This document shows positions 10,394-20,030 of a DNA stretch of 64,000 nt, piece by piece. The notes under the pieces were generated by a model, which had not been told where the DNA came from, made no database searches, and saw only the letters and a list, made by a program, of their open reading frames with translations. Each line of letters opens with the position of its first letter. Within the stretch, counting starts at the first letter, position 1. This DNA comes from Candidatus Kapaibacterium sp. (lineage in GTDB: Bacteria > Bacteroidota > Ignavibacteria > Kapaibacteriales > UBA4661): contig JALONG010000002.1 of the NCBI GenBank assembly GCA_025455065.1, positions 422 through 64,421 of the forward strand, read 5' to 3'. The position numbers were made by a program, and so were the translations under genes.

Positions 10394-12085
10394 GTGAAGG
10401 ACTTCCACACATACTTTTTCCGCATACCCTACATATTATTTATCCGCGAAATGAAATATCTTTTACCGTCACACGCAGTTCATCTTCCATACACTGAGAT
10501 AGAGCGCCTACGCAGACTCTATATGCTTGCTTTGGGCGTTATTGCACTGTTGGCAATTATGGGACAAATTGCCGTACAAATTGTCTTGCGCAACGACGAG
10601 ACCAATGCCAGAATTGTCAATATCGCAGGCAGACAACGGATGTTGAGCCAAAAATTGTGTAAACTTGCCGCGCAGATGAGTTTTATGGAGCAAACGCCTA
10701 CCTCGGCTGCGAAAGAGGATTTTCTCGCTTCGTTGTTGCTGTGGCGGCAATCTCACGCCGCTTTGCAGTATGGTGATGTTGCGCTGAAAATTTCCGAGGG
10801 AAAAATCAGCGATAGTGTGAAAGCGATGTTTGTCCGCCTTGCACCGACCTTTCTCAGTATGGATGCGCATTGTCAAAAAATACTCTCCCTTGCTTCCGAT
10901 ACGGCACAACGTCCGCTCATGCAGCATGAAGCCACGCTTCTCTTTCGCTATTCCAACGAATTTTTGCCACAGATGAACGCGATTGTGTTTCGGTATGACG
11001 AAGAATTTCGGGCATCTGTGAGGCGTTTGGAGATTCTCGAAGGTTTGCTTTTTGGTATAACACTGCTGGTATTGTTTTTGGAGGCAGCGCTTGTCTTTCG
11101 TCCCGCTGTGAAGCATTTACGCGCTTCGGTGGAGGCGATTGAAGCAACGAATAAGGAATTACGCCATAGCAACGACATTCTCGTTCGCCAGCAAGCCGTC
11201 TTGGAAGACCAAGCCGTCGAACTTGAGGCAATCAACGTGAAATCGCAGGAACAGTATCTTGAGTTGGAGCGCTATAAAACTACGTTGGAGCAGCAAAATC
11301 GTGAATTGGAGCAGCACCGAAGCGCTTTGCAAGAGCAGATGTTTGAGACGGAAAGGATGTACAACGAAGTACGTTTGGCTCGCCGCGCTCAATCGGAATT
11401 TCTGGCGAATCTTTCCCACGAAGTGCGTACGCCCTTGGCTGCGGTGATTGGTTTTACGGAAATTATTCTTGCGGATTTTATCACCGAAGAGGGGAAAGTG
11501 TTTGGTAATCGGGTGTTGCAAAGCGCAAATATGCTGCTTTTGCTGATGAATGATTTAATTGATTTTGCGCAAATTGAAGCGGGGCGTTTTGAAATTCATG
11601 GTGAATTGCAACCGATTCGTCCTGTCATTGAGGAATTGTCTGCTTTGATAGGTGCTGACGCGAGGGTAAAAGGGCTTCAGATGAATGTGGAAATTGCGCC
11701 GGAAGTACCGAAATTGCTGATATTTGACGCTGCTCGTGTGCGCCAAATTTGCTTTAATCTGCTCAGTAATGCTGTCAAGTTTACAGAAAAAGGTCGGGTT
11801 GATTTCCGCATATCGTTTAATGCTGCGACAGGAATGATGCGGTTTGAAGTCGAAGATACCGGCATTGGAATTCCCAATGAAGACCTTGACCGCGTGTTTG
11901 AGCCGTTTATTCAACAAGATGGCTCTCAAACGCGCAAATATGGTGGTGTTGGTGTCGGATTGGCGTTGGTACAGCGCATTGTGCGGCTGAAAGGCGGTAC
12001 TGTTACCCTTACCAGCGAACTTGGCAAAAGAACGCTCGTTGTAGTAGAATTGCCCCAAGAAACACCAAAAGAGAGCGAAGAATAA
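10394..12085 (+). CDS. Sensor histidine kinase, type B core, with a PilJ/NarX-type periplasmic sensor domain (motif [12 protein letters not shown]). Alternative start at 10451.
   Basis: [11 protein letters not shown] motif characteristic of the PilJ/NarX N-terminal sensor family, TM segments, coiled coil, H-box [40 protein letters not shown]. Confidence 0.8.
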   Translation: MKDFHTYFFRIPYILFIREMKYLLPSHAVHLPYTEIERLRRLYMLALGVIALLAIMGQIAVQIVLRNDETNARIVNIAGRQRMLSQKLCKLAAQMSFMEQTPTSAAKEDFLASLLLWRQSHAALQYGDVALKISEGKISDSVKAMFVRLAPTFLSMDAHCQKILSLASDTAQRPLMQHEATLLFRYSNEFLPQMNAIVFRYDEEFRASVRRLEILEGLLFGITLLVLFLEAALVFRPAVKHLRASVEAIEATNKELRHSNDILVRQQAVLEDQAVELEAINVKSQEQYLELERYKTTLEQQNRELEQHRSALQEQMFETERMYNEVRLARRAQSEFLANLSHEVRTPLAAVIGFTEIILADFITEEGKVFGNRVLQSANMLLLLMNDLIDFAQIEAGRFEIHGELQPIRPVIEELSALIGADARVKGLQMNVEIAPEVPKLLIFDAARVRQICFNLLSNAVKFTEKGRVDFRISFNAATGMMRFEVEDTGIGIPNEDLDRVFEPFIQQDGSQTRKYGGVGVGLALVQRIVRLKGGTVTLTSELGKRTLVVVELPQETPKESEE

Positions 12086-12088
12086 CCA

Positions 12089-14449
12089 ATGCAGTGCAAT
12101 ATATTTCATACTATCTTGACGTTAAGTCCAAAACGCCATTACCGACTGTTTCAACGGTTAGTCGTGGTGCGATACTGCCTGCAATGGTGCTTCGCAATGG
12201 TGTGTATCATTTTGCCCTTGTCAGAAATTTTGGCACAAACGCGGATGCCCCCAGAAGCGCTATTGCTCACCGAAGCGTTGATGCTCACCGAACAAGATTT
12301 GGAGCGCGATGCCAATCTTTTGGGTATAACGGGTGTTCGCGGAGCAACGCTCTACACAGCGCCTTGGCGGTATTCTCCGGCGGATTCACCGGATTTTTCT
12401 TCTCCGACATTGAACGACAGCGCTTGGAAACGTCTGCCGTATTCAATGTTTTGTGCTGACACGATGTCTTGGAAGGTGTGGAAAGGTGCGGCATGGTTTC
12501 GTTTGCGGATAAAGGTTTCAAAAGATCTCCACCGCCGTCCGCTTGTGTTGGCTACGCCTTCAGTTGGCGCAATGGATGTGTATTGTGATGGTGTGCTGCT
12601 CGGGACGCTGGGGCGCGTCGGCACAAGCGCCGAAAACGAAATCCTACCAAATTATGCACGAAGTAGTATCCGCATTTTTCCACTGTTACCCGATTCCGCA
12701 CGAGAATACACGATTGCTGTGCGTTACTCATGTTTTAACCATAACAGCTACCGACGCGCTTTTCTAGGCTGGCAACCCGCGCCAATGCTGGGGATGAATA
12801 TGGTCGTAATGGAAGAATCATCATGGCAACTCTATCGAAGCCGCGTCCAATCGGTGTTGGTGGAGTTTGGCGCATACTGCATTGCGCCTTTGTTGGCGTT
12901 TGTGGTGCATTTGCTGTTTTTCTTGCTCTACCGCTCGGAGCGGAGCAATCTTGCCTTGGCGGTATGTAATCTGATGTTGGCAATCGCGGCATTTTTGGGT
13001 TTGTTGTTATTGCATGATGTTGGGCAGACAATTAAGACGATATTTTTTGCGAATATCCTTGTGCGCTCTGCGATAAGTTTTGCATTTTTAGCGTTTGCCT
13101 ATTCGCTGTATTATCTCTTTTTTGAGCCGCCGTTTCCCCGTACAAGGTATGCGATAATTGCGCTCACGGTCGTGGGGCAAATCTTCGCCTTCCGTCCGCT
13201 TTTTGTCGAGCCGAACTCTCGGTTTGCCAATGCGCAAGGTGTTCTGGTGTTGCCGTTATTGTATAGTTTGTATCTTGCTGTTCGCATAATGATGAAAAAG
13301 CCCAAAGGTGCATATACACTGGGGGTTGGAATCATCATTACCTTGATTGCCGTGGCGGTGGAAACCACATTGGAATTGCGCGGAGTAGTTTTTGCGGCAC
13401 GTCCGCCGCTTGTGGGCTTGATGATTCGTATGAGTATCTTTTTGTCATTGCCCATAGCGCTCATGCTGTCTATGGGGCAGCGTATCGCCGCTCAAACACA
13501 AGAGCTGACAGACCAAAATGAACTTCTTGAAAAGCAAGTTGAAGAGCGCACGGCAGAACTCCAAGCTGCAAATGAAGAAGTTCATCGTCAATTAACCATT
13601 TTAGAAGAGCAGTCCAGAAATATTGAGTTGGCAAGTGCCGAATTACAAGAGCGAAACAAGGTTCTCGACCAACTCAATACTGAAAAGGCAGAACTCATCG
13701 GCATTGTGGCGCACGATTTGAAAAATCCGATAAGCGGTGTTCTTGGTTTGACGGAGGTCTTATTAGAAGAAATTCCCAAAGAAGGTTTGGCAGCACAGAT
13801 TATTGAGCAAATTTCCTCGACAACAGCGCGAATGTTACAGTTGGTGAAAAATTTGCTGAATGTGCAGCAGTTCGAGACAGGAGGAATGCGGCTTCAGATG
13901 ACTGAATGTGATATGATGCCTCTTCTCGAATCCATTCTCTCGGCACATCGTCACCATGCCGAAGGGAAAAATATTGCAATCAATGTACTGCCAACATCAA
14001 CAAGTACAGTCGTTTTGGGCGATGAACAAGCGCTCTTGCAGGTGTTCGATAATCTCATTTCCAATGCCGTAAAATATTCCCCGCAGGGAAAAAATGTGTT
14101 CATTCGCCTGAGCAGGCACTCTCAAGACAGCAATAATACTGAAGCCACACACAAAACCAATGACCAGGGGCTAATGACTAATGACCACGCAACTAAGCAC
14201 CAGGCAACTAACCACCGCCTACGCATTGAAATTCAGGATGAAGGAGAAGGCATTACTGCTGAGGATATGAAAAAAATATTTGGTAAATATGCGCGTCTTT
14301 CTGCACGTCCGACCGCCGGAGAAGATAGTACAGGTTTGGGATTGAGCATTGTGAAATCATTGGTGACCGCCATGAATGGTGATGTTTGGTGCGAGTCTCA
14401 GCCACAACAAGGAGCGACGTTCCTAGTGGAATTGCCGTTAGCAGAGTAA
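12089..14449 (+). CDS. 7TMR-DISM sensor histidine kinase (extracellular domain plus 7 TM), type A core, with a 35-aa TNDQ-rich insertion before the G1 box.
   Basis: N-terminal extracellular domain followed by about 7 hydrophobic helices, coiled coil, ELIGIVAHDLKNPI, NAVKYSPQGKN and GEDSTGLGLSIVKSLVTAMNGDVWCES. Insertion SQDSNNTEATHKTNDQGLMTNDHATKHQATNHR. Confidence 0.85.
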   Translation: MQCNIFHTILTLSPKRHYRLFQRLVVVRYCLQWCFAMVCIILPLSEILAQTRMPPEALLLTEALMLTEQDLERDANLLGITGVRGATLYTAPWRYSPADSPDFSSPTLNDSAWKRLPYSMFCADTMSWKVWKGAAWFRLRIKVSKDLHRRPLVLATPSVGAMDVYCDGVLLGTLGRVGTSAENEILPNYARSSIRIFPLLPDSAREYTIAVRYSCFNHNSYRRAFLGWQPAPMLGMNMVVMEESSWQLYRSRVQSVLVEFGAYCIAPLLAFVVHLLFFLLYRSERSNLALAVCNLMLAIAAFLGLLLLHDVGQTIKTIFFANILVRSAISFAFLAFAYSLYYLFFEPPFPRTRYAIIALTVVGQIFAFRPLFVEPNSRFANAQGVLVLPLLYSLYLAVRIMMKKPKGAYTLGVGIIITLIAVAVETTLELRGVVFAARPPLVGLMIRMSIFLSLPIALMLSMGQRIAAQTQELTDQNELLEKQVEERTAELQAANEEVHRQLTILEEQSRNIELASAELQERNKVLDQLNTEKAELIGIVAHDLKNPISGVLGLTEVLLEEIPKEGLAAQIIEQISSTTARMLQLVKNLLNVQQFETGGMRLQMTECDMMPLLESILSAHRHHAEGKNIAINVLPTSTSTVVLGDEQALLQVFDNLISNAVKYSPQGKNVFIRLSRHSQDSNNTEATHKTNDQGLMTNDHATKHQATNHRLRIEIQDEGEGITAEDMKKIFGKYARLSARPTAGEDSTGLGLSIVKSLVTAMNGDVWCESQPQQGATFLVELPLAE
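14122..14220 (+). repeat. In-frame heptamer-like (ACCAATG / ACTAATG) repeat tract encoding a TNDQ-rich insertion inside the HATPase domain.
   Basis: AAAACCAATGACCAGGGGCTAATGACTAATGACCACGCAACTAAGCACCAGGCAACTAACCACC has 7-nt periodicity. Homologous tracts occur in three other HK genes. Confidence 0.55.
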
Positions 14450-14685
14450 TCCTATGGTTCTCGGCAACCAAGGTTCTTCAGCCAAGGTATCAAGCGAGAG
14501 TATGCCTTCTTGGGCAGGCTCTTGCTTCGGAATGAGAGCTATCCGCGTGAGAGGTAAGGTTCTCGCACCTGACCAGTTACCTTTCCTTGACGATGATACA
14601 CTTCTTTGATGCAATACACTGAATTTGGATAGAGGTTCTCACTATGAAAACTCCATTATTCTGATGAAATCAACTATTCGGAATC

Positions 14686-14922
14686 ATAACTATTCAGGTA
14701 TCGGTAAAAACAGTGAGAGTGGGAGGGACGCGGACTTCAGAGGACTTGAGAGGACGAAGAAGGCTTGAGAAAAAACCTTACGGGGGCGCTCCCATTCATG
14801 CGTCTGTTCCCTGTCGTCTCACATTCTTTGAAGTCATTTTGTCCTTTGAAGTCATTTTGTCCTTTGAAGTCCTCTTGTTCTCTCAAGTCTGCGTTCTTTG
14901 TATTGCATACCTGAATAGTTAC
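14686..14922. mobile_element. MITE-like 237-bp foldback element with 16-bp terminal inverted repeats and flanking 8-bp direct repeats (TCGGAATC).
   Basis: Left terminus ATAACTATTCAGGTAT (14686..14701) matches the reverse complement of the right terminus ATACCTGAATAGTTAC (14907..14922) at 15 of 16 positions. TCGGAATC occurs at 14678..14685 and 14923..14930. Internally there are GGACTTCAGA-type 10-mers (14732..14771), their inverse (14866..14889), and an 18-bp tandem repeat TTGAAGTCATTTTGTCCT x2.3 (14828..14875). Confidence 0.45.
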
Positions 14923-14949
14923 TCGGAATCTTTTACCACCAAACAATTC

Positions 14950-17097
14950 ATGGTTTACCTTTTTAAACAATATCTCCGCAACCGACAAACCAAGCACCAA
15001 TGCGCTTCAGCCTATTGGCGAGGTGTTTGTTGTCGTCTTGTTTGGAAGGCAGGTTTGGTGTTGTTGTTATTGCAGGTGTTTCGACAATTTCCAGTAACAG
15101 CGCAATCAAATGTGGCACAACAGTACCGCTTTCAAGGCAAATTAACGCTTGCACAACAAGAAGCGGAAAAAGCATTGCTGACACGATTAGAACGTGCGCG
15201 AGACACCGTGCGTGTAGAGATTTTGGATTCGATTGCTTGGGTGTATCGCGGAACGGATTTTGGTCGTGCAATGTATTACGCCCAACAAGCTGCGCAGGAA
15301 GTTGCACGCTTGGGTTTTCCTCGCGTACGAGCAGAAAATAACAATTACATCGGCATTATTCATCGGAATTTAGGGAACTATCCCAAAGCAATGCAATCTT
15401 TTGATGAAGCACGACGTATTGCCGAGCAGTATGGTTACAGACGGGAATTGGGCTATGCGCTGAATAATATCGGCGAGATTTACCGTTTTCAAGAGAAATA
15501 TGCCGAAGCACGGGATTATGTTTTCAGAGCGCAAAAAATTTTTCTCCAACTCCGCGATACAAGCGGTTTGTACTATTCAGCGATTCGTCTGGGGGAAATA
15601 GCCCTGAGTCTTCAGAGTTACCCACAAGGATTGGCATACTTTCAAGAGGCAGAGCGGTATTCCCTTTTAACGCATAACAAGGTTTGGGAAGCAGGTGTGC
15701 TGAATCGTCTTGGACAGGTGCTACGTTTGCAGAAGCAGTACCAATCAGCACTGGAAGTTTTTTTGCGAGCCTTAGCGATTGCACGGACATTAGAACACGA
15801 TGAAGATGAACAATCACATATTTTGATAGAAATTGGGAAAACACATATTGCCGTAGGAAGTACGGATTCAGCAACTCTATACTTGAAACAGGGATTAGCC
15901 ATAGCAGAAGCAATCGGTATCAAGCAACGTGTCTTAGAATCCTCAAAAAACCTAGCGGAAATTTTTACCCGACAGCGCAGTTACGAAGAAGCATTGCGGT
16001 ATCGTACCTTACAAATGACAATGAAAGACTCCCTGTTTTCTGAATTAGGGCGGCGAGAAATCGAAAAAATTAGCGCACGGTACGAGCTTGAAAAGCAGCA
16101 AAATGATATTGCTGCTTTGAGTGCAGCTCAAAAACAGGAGCGTATTATCAGCACCGGCTTAGTGATTGGTGTGATGTTGCTGCTGGCTGTTGCGTTACTG
16201 CTGTATCGAAATGTTCGAGCCGAACAACGTGCAAACCAAGAAATAATGCGCCAGCAGGAGGTTTTGGAGCATCAAGCGTTGGAAATTGAAACGACCAACA
16301 CGACGCTGCAAGAACAAAATGAGGAACTTGCTGCGCTGAACACCGAAAAAACAGAATTGATGAACATTGTGGCACATGATTTGAAAAACCCGATTGGAGC
16401 AATCCATGGGCTTGCAGACTTGATTACAAGCGGTATGGTACAGGAAAAACAAGTACAGGAAACGGCAGAGCATATCGCGATGACAGCAGAACGAATGTTG
16501 CGGCTGGTGACGAATGTTCTTGATAGTTCAAAGTTTGAGGCAGGGATGACCCAACTTGAGGCTGTGGAATTTGACATCATTCCCGTTATTGAACTGACGT
16601 GTTCTCAATACCAAGCAGCAGCCGAAGCAAAAGGCATTTCGCTTCATGTTGAATCTCATGGTGAATCGGCTCTCGCATTGGCTAATGAACAAGCGCTCAT
16701 ACAGGTTGCTGACAATATCATTTCCAATGCCGTGAAATATTCTCCGCAGGGAAAAAAAGTGTGGGTGAGAATTTGGAGCAAGAATGAAGAGTATTCGCCA
16801 ATGCTCAATGGTGATTCGTTCAATAACCAAATGACCAACGACCAAAAAACAAATGGTAATGTCGTCCGCATAGAAGTTGTGGATGAGGGACCCGGTATTT
16901 CGGAAGAGGATATGAAAAAACTCTTTGGTAAATTTGCACGCCTCTCTGCCCGTCCCACAGGTGGTGAGCATAGTACGGGTTTAGGGTTGAATATCGTAAA
17001 AATGCTGGTCGAATTGATGAACGGGCGCGTGTGGTGTGAATCGAAACTTGGGTACGGCGCAACATTTATCGTGGAATTGCCGACGAATGTCTCGTAG
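14950..17097 (+). CDS. TPR-repeat sensor histidine kinase, type A core. The likely start at 14950 (MVYLF..LVLLLLQVF..AQS, signal-like) lies just downstream of a foldback element; the ORF track start at 14713 reads through repeats.
   Basis: TPR-like repeats, TM segment (LVIGVMLLLAVALLLY), coiled coil, ELMNIVAHDLKNPI and GGEHSTGLGLNIVKMLVELMNGRVWCESKLGYGATFIVELP. Short insertion NNQMTNDQKTNG. Confidence 0.8.
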   Translation: MVYLFKQYLRNRQTKHQCASAYWRGVCCRLVWKAGLVLLLLQVFRQFPVTAQSNVAQQYRFQGKLTLAQQEAEKALLTRLERARDTVRVEILDSIAWVYRGTDFGRAMYYAQQAAQEVARLGFPRVRAENNNYIGIIHRNLGNYPKAMQSFDEARRIAEQYGYRRELGYALNNIGEIYRFQEKYAEARDYVFRAQKIFLQLRDTSGLYYSAIRLGEIALSLQSYPQGLAYFQEAERYSLLTHNKVWEAGVLNRLGQVLRLQKQYQSALEVFLRALAIARTLEHDEDEQSHILIEIGKTHIAVGSTDSATLYLKQGLAIAEAIGIKQRVLESSKNLAEIFTRQRSYEEALRYRTLQMTMKDSLFSELGRREIEKISARYELEKQQNDIAALSAAQKQERIISTGLVIGVMLLLAVALLLYRNVRAEQRANQEIMRQQEVLEHQALEIETTNTTLQEQNEELAALNTEKTELMNIVAHDLKNPIGAIHGLADLITSGMVQEKQVQETAEHIAMTAERMLRLVTNVLDSSKFEAGMTQLEAVEFDIIPVIELTCSQYQAAAEAKGISLHVESHGESALALANEQALIQVADNIISNAVKYSPQGKKVWVRIWSKNEEYSPMLNGDSFNNQMTNDQKTNGNVVRIEVVDEGPGISEEDMKKLFGKFARLSARPTGGEHSTGLGLNIVKMLVELMNGRVWCESKLGYGATFIVELPTNVS

Positions 17098-17199
17098 AAG
17101 AACAAAAAATATATCCGATTGGAGGCGCTTAGATGAGGTACAAATGGAGATGCTGTCATACATGAAATCACAATTTTTTATTTTATTTCCACTGCGCAG

Positions 17200-18657
17200 A
17201 TGCTTGACCAAGTTATCGCATACTTTATGCCGGAAGCGCTGGCACACGATACCGTATCAGCGGAGAATCAACGTGCAAGGTTGATTATTTTGGCAGCCGG
17301 CATCATCATTGTTCTGGCATCCTCCAGTGTTGTTGGGTATGCTGTGTATGGCGCATATCTCCTCAGTGTTTTAGCATTTGCAGCTGTTCTTTTGAGCATT
17401 GCTGCATTGTTGTTATTGCGATATAAAGCCAGCCTACAAGCCTCGGTTATTGTGATGATAGTAGGTTTATTGGTGATATTGTTTGGTACAATTCTGTTCA
17501 CCGGCGGAGTGCTGTCACCGCTCATTTTTTCTCTCTATGCGCCGCCCATTTTCGGCTTGCTATTTTTTGACAGAAAGGTCATGGTGCAAATTTTTGCCGT
17601 GTGTGTGGTGTTTATTCTTGTGGTCATTGGATTACATTGGCAAAGAATCACGTTTCCTCTTCTGTATCCTGCGGAGTTACACGGTTATTGGCAAGGTGTA
17701 ATCTCCATTCCATTGTTGATAGGTGTTATCGGTGCATTTTTCTTTTCGGACACTGTTCGTCGTCAAACGCTCGCGGTATTGCTGCACGAGCGGGATTCTA
17801 TTCAAGAAAAAGTTCAAGAAGCCACAGCAGTTTTACAAGAGCAGCAAGAGAATATAAGCCGCATAAATACTTCTCTCGCCGAGCAGAACGTTCAACTGCA
17901 AAACGCGATTCAGGAAGCGGAAACAGCAAAAAAATTGCAAACTGATTTTCTCCGCAATGTCAGCCACGAGGTACGCACGCCACTTTCTGCGGTGTTGGGT
18001 TTTGCGGAAATTCTGCAAGACCGCGCCCATCCTGACGACATGACGAGTAAAGAATTTATTGAGCAGATTCACCTTGCGGGGCAGAATTTGCTGGATATGT
18101 TCAATAATATCTTAGCCCTTTCGACGATTGAAGCCTCTGGTGTGGAAGTGACATACGAACTGGGGCATCTGCCGACGTTATTGCATGATATTGAACGTTC
18201 TCTTGCTCAGAATATCGCACAAAAAGGGCTTGCACAGAGTATAACCTGGACAAAAGAATGTGAAAAACCCTTGCTTATTGATGCCCACAATATCCGAGAG
18301 ATATTGCGGTATTTGCTTGCCAATGCAGTAAAGTTCACCGAGCATGGTACAATCACTTTGCACTGCGAACTTGCTCTCATGCCCGATACAAGTGACATTC
18401 AGAGCCTTCGTCTGAGCGTACGAGATACGGGAGTCGGTATGGAGCAGCAATATTTGGAGAACCTTTTTCAGACGTTTCGTCAGCAAGACGCAAGTAAAAA
18501 TCGGCGTTACGGGGGATTAGGTTTGGGACTGTCAATCGTCAAACGGCTTGTGGATGCGATGCACGGCGTGATTCGCTGTGAATCAGTTGTGGGCGAAGGT
18601 ACAACGTTTATTGTGGATATTCCCCAGGGCAAAATAAAAAAACTACCAACCAACTGA
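17200..18657 (+). CDS. Polytopic membrane sensor histidine kinase, type B core; paralog of 2968..4416.
   Basis: About 6 TM helices, then [80 protein letters not shown]. Confidence 0.85.
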   Translation: MLDQVIAYFMPEALAHDTVSAENQRARLIILAAGIIIVLASSSVVGYAVYGAYLLSVLAFAAVLLSIAALLLLRYKASLQASVIVMIVGLLVILFGTILFTGGVLSPLIFSLYAPPIFGLLFFDRKVMVQIFAVCVVFILVVIGLHWQRITFPLLYPAELHGYWQGVISIPLLIGVIGAFFFSDTVRRQTLAVLLHERDSIQEKVQEATAVLQEQQENISRINTSLAEQNVQLQNAIQEAETAKKLQTDFLRNVSHEVRTPLSAVLGFAEILQDRAHPDDMTSKEFIEQIHLAGQNLLDMFNNILALSTIEASGVEVTYELGHLPTLLHDIERSLAQNIAQKGLAQSITWTKECEKPLLIDAHNIREILRYLLANAVKFTEHGTITLHCELALMPDTSDIQSLRLSVRDTGVGMEQQYLENLFQTFRQQDASKNRRYGGLGLGLSIVKRLVDAMHGVIRCESVVGEGTTFIVDIPQGKIKKLPTN

Positions 18658-18664
18658 AAACCGC

Positions 18665-19888
18665 ATGATTACTGTCGCCGAAGCAAAACGTCTTGTGCAG
18701 CAGCACATTCCCCAACCAACGATTATTGCCCAAAACCTTGCAGAAGCCTGCGGATTCACGCTTGCAGAGGACATTACCGCCCCCTTTCCCTCACCAAGAT
18801 TTACCAATAGTGCAATGGACGGCTTTGCGCTGCGGTTTTCGGCATCCTTCGCAGAACATCATGGTGAAGTCCGATGCACGATTGTTGGTGAAAGTGCAGC
18901 AGGGAAGCCATTTCAAGGCACGTTGCGCGAAGGGGAAGTCATATCCATCAGCACCGGTGCAGTCGTGCCGGATGCTGCCGATACGGTTATTCCGCAGGAA
19001 GATTGTGAGGTGAGTGGCGAAGTGGTGCGCATTGTCAAGCCCTTTCGCAAAGGTCAGTGGGTGCGCCAAAAGGGTGCAGAATATGACGAAGGCGCATTGG
19101 TTCTGCGTTCAGGGACGGTCTTGCGTCCGGCGCATTGTGCCTTAGCAGCGCAGCTTGGCTTACACACGCTTCCCGTGTATGCCGCTCCACGGGTGGCTTT
19201 GCTTGCCACTGGGCGCGAAATTTTTTCAACAAGTTCCGCTCAACACGCTGCCCCCAGACTACTTGACGAAGGGCAGATTTATGATGCTAATACGCCCATG
19301 CTCCAAGCCGCCGTGCGGGATGCCGGGGCAGAAGTGAAAATGCTCCGCAGCATAGATGACACGTTGGAAGCCACACTGGAAGCGCTTTCGGAGGCTTCTG
19401 CGAAAGCTGATATTATCTGCACGACGGGTGGTGTGTCGGTTGGCGAACATGATTTTATCAAACAAGCTGCACAAATACTGGGCTTTGAGACTATTTTTTG
19501 GCGCGTCCGCCAAAAGCCCGGAAAACCACTTTTCTTTGCAAAGCGTGATAATACCTTGCTTTTCGGCTTGCCCGGCAATCCCGTTTCGACCTTGATGTGC
19601 TTTTTGCACTATGTCCGCCCGACGATTGCAACGCTTCTGGTGCGCAGTGCAACGTGGCAAACAATAACGGCGCGAATGAGTAAAAGCCTCGTTAATGTTG
19701 GGGGACGGGCAGAATTTCTCCGTGTTCGTTTGGTACATGAGGCTGAACACCCAATGCAAAGCGCTGTTCCGCTTGACAAACAAGAATCGTTTATGCTGAC
19801 ATCGCTCACGGATGCAGACGGATTTGTGTTTGTGGATGTTGATGCAAACCTGAGCGAAGGTGCGCCGATTGAGGTAATGCTGTTTTGA
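18665..19888 (+). CDS. moeA: Molybdopterin molybdotransferase (MoeA/gephyrin E-domain family).
   Basis: 407 aa with SAMDGFAL, GEVISISTGAVVPDAADTVIPQE, TTGGVSVGEHDFIK and LPGNPVS, all characteristic of MoeA. Confidence 0.85.
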   Translation: MITVAEAKRLVQQHIPQPTIIAQNLAEACGFTLAEDITAPFPSPRFTNSAMDGFALRFSASFAEHHGEVRCTIVGESAAGKPFQGTLREGEVISISTGAVVPDAADTVIPQEDCEVSGEVVRIVKPFRKGQWVRQKGAEYDEGALVLRSGTVLRPAHCALAAQLGLHTLPVYAAPRVALLATGREIFSTSSAQHAAPRLLDEGQIYDANTPMLQAAVRDAGAEVKMLRSIDDTLEATLEALSEASAKADIICTTGGVSVGEHDFIKQAAQILGFETIFWRVRQKPGKPLFFAKRDNTLLFGLPGNPVSTLMCFLHYVRPTIATLLVRSATWQTITARMSKSLVNVGGRAEFLRVRLVHEAEHPMQSAVPLDKQESFMLTSLTDADGFVFVDVDANLSEGAPIEVMLF

Positions 19889-19906
19889 GCTAACTGTTTG
19901 TGTCAT

Positions 19907-20023
19907 ATAGGACTTTCGCAAAACCATACTTTTGAGGCAAGGGGTTGAAACCCCTTGTTGCGTAAGTCATTGTTTAACAAGGGGCTTTAGCCCCTTGCGA
20001 CTTGTTTTTGCGAAAGTCCTATC
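19907..20023. repeat. Nested palindromic element: a perfect 17-bp outer inverted repeat enclosing two near-identical GC-stem hairpins. Probably a bidirectional terminator or a REP-like element between convergent genes.
   Basis: ATAGGACTTTCGCAAAA (19907..19923) and TTTTGCGAAAGTCCTAT (20007..20023) are perfect reverse complements. Inside are CAAGGGGTTGAAACCCCTTG (19938..19957) and CAAGGGGCTTTAGCCCCTTG (19978..19997). Confidence 0.6.
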
Positions 20024-20030
20024 ATAAATT

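Noticed and set aside
14713-14949. 5' extension of the TPR kinase ORF (MRVGGTRTSEDLRGRRRLEKKPYGG...FEVILSFEVILSFEV...).
   Set aside because: It translates straight through the foldback element and its 18-bp tandem repeats (the EVILSF repeat is an artefact). A signal-like start at 14950 follows immediately, so the extension is very unlikely to be real coding sequence.
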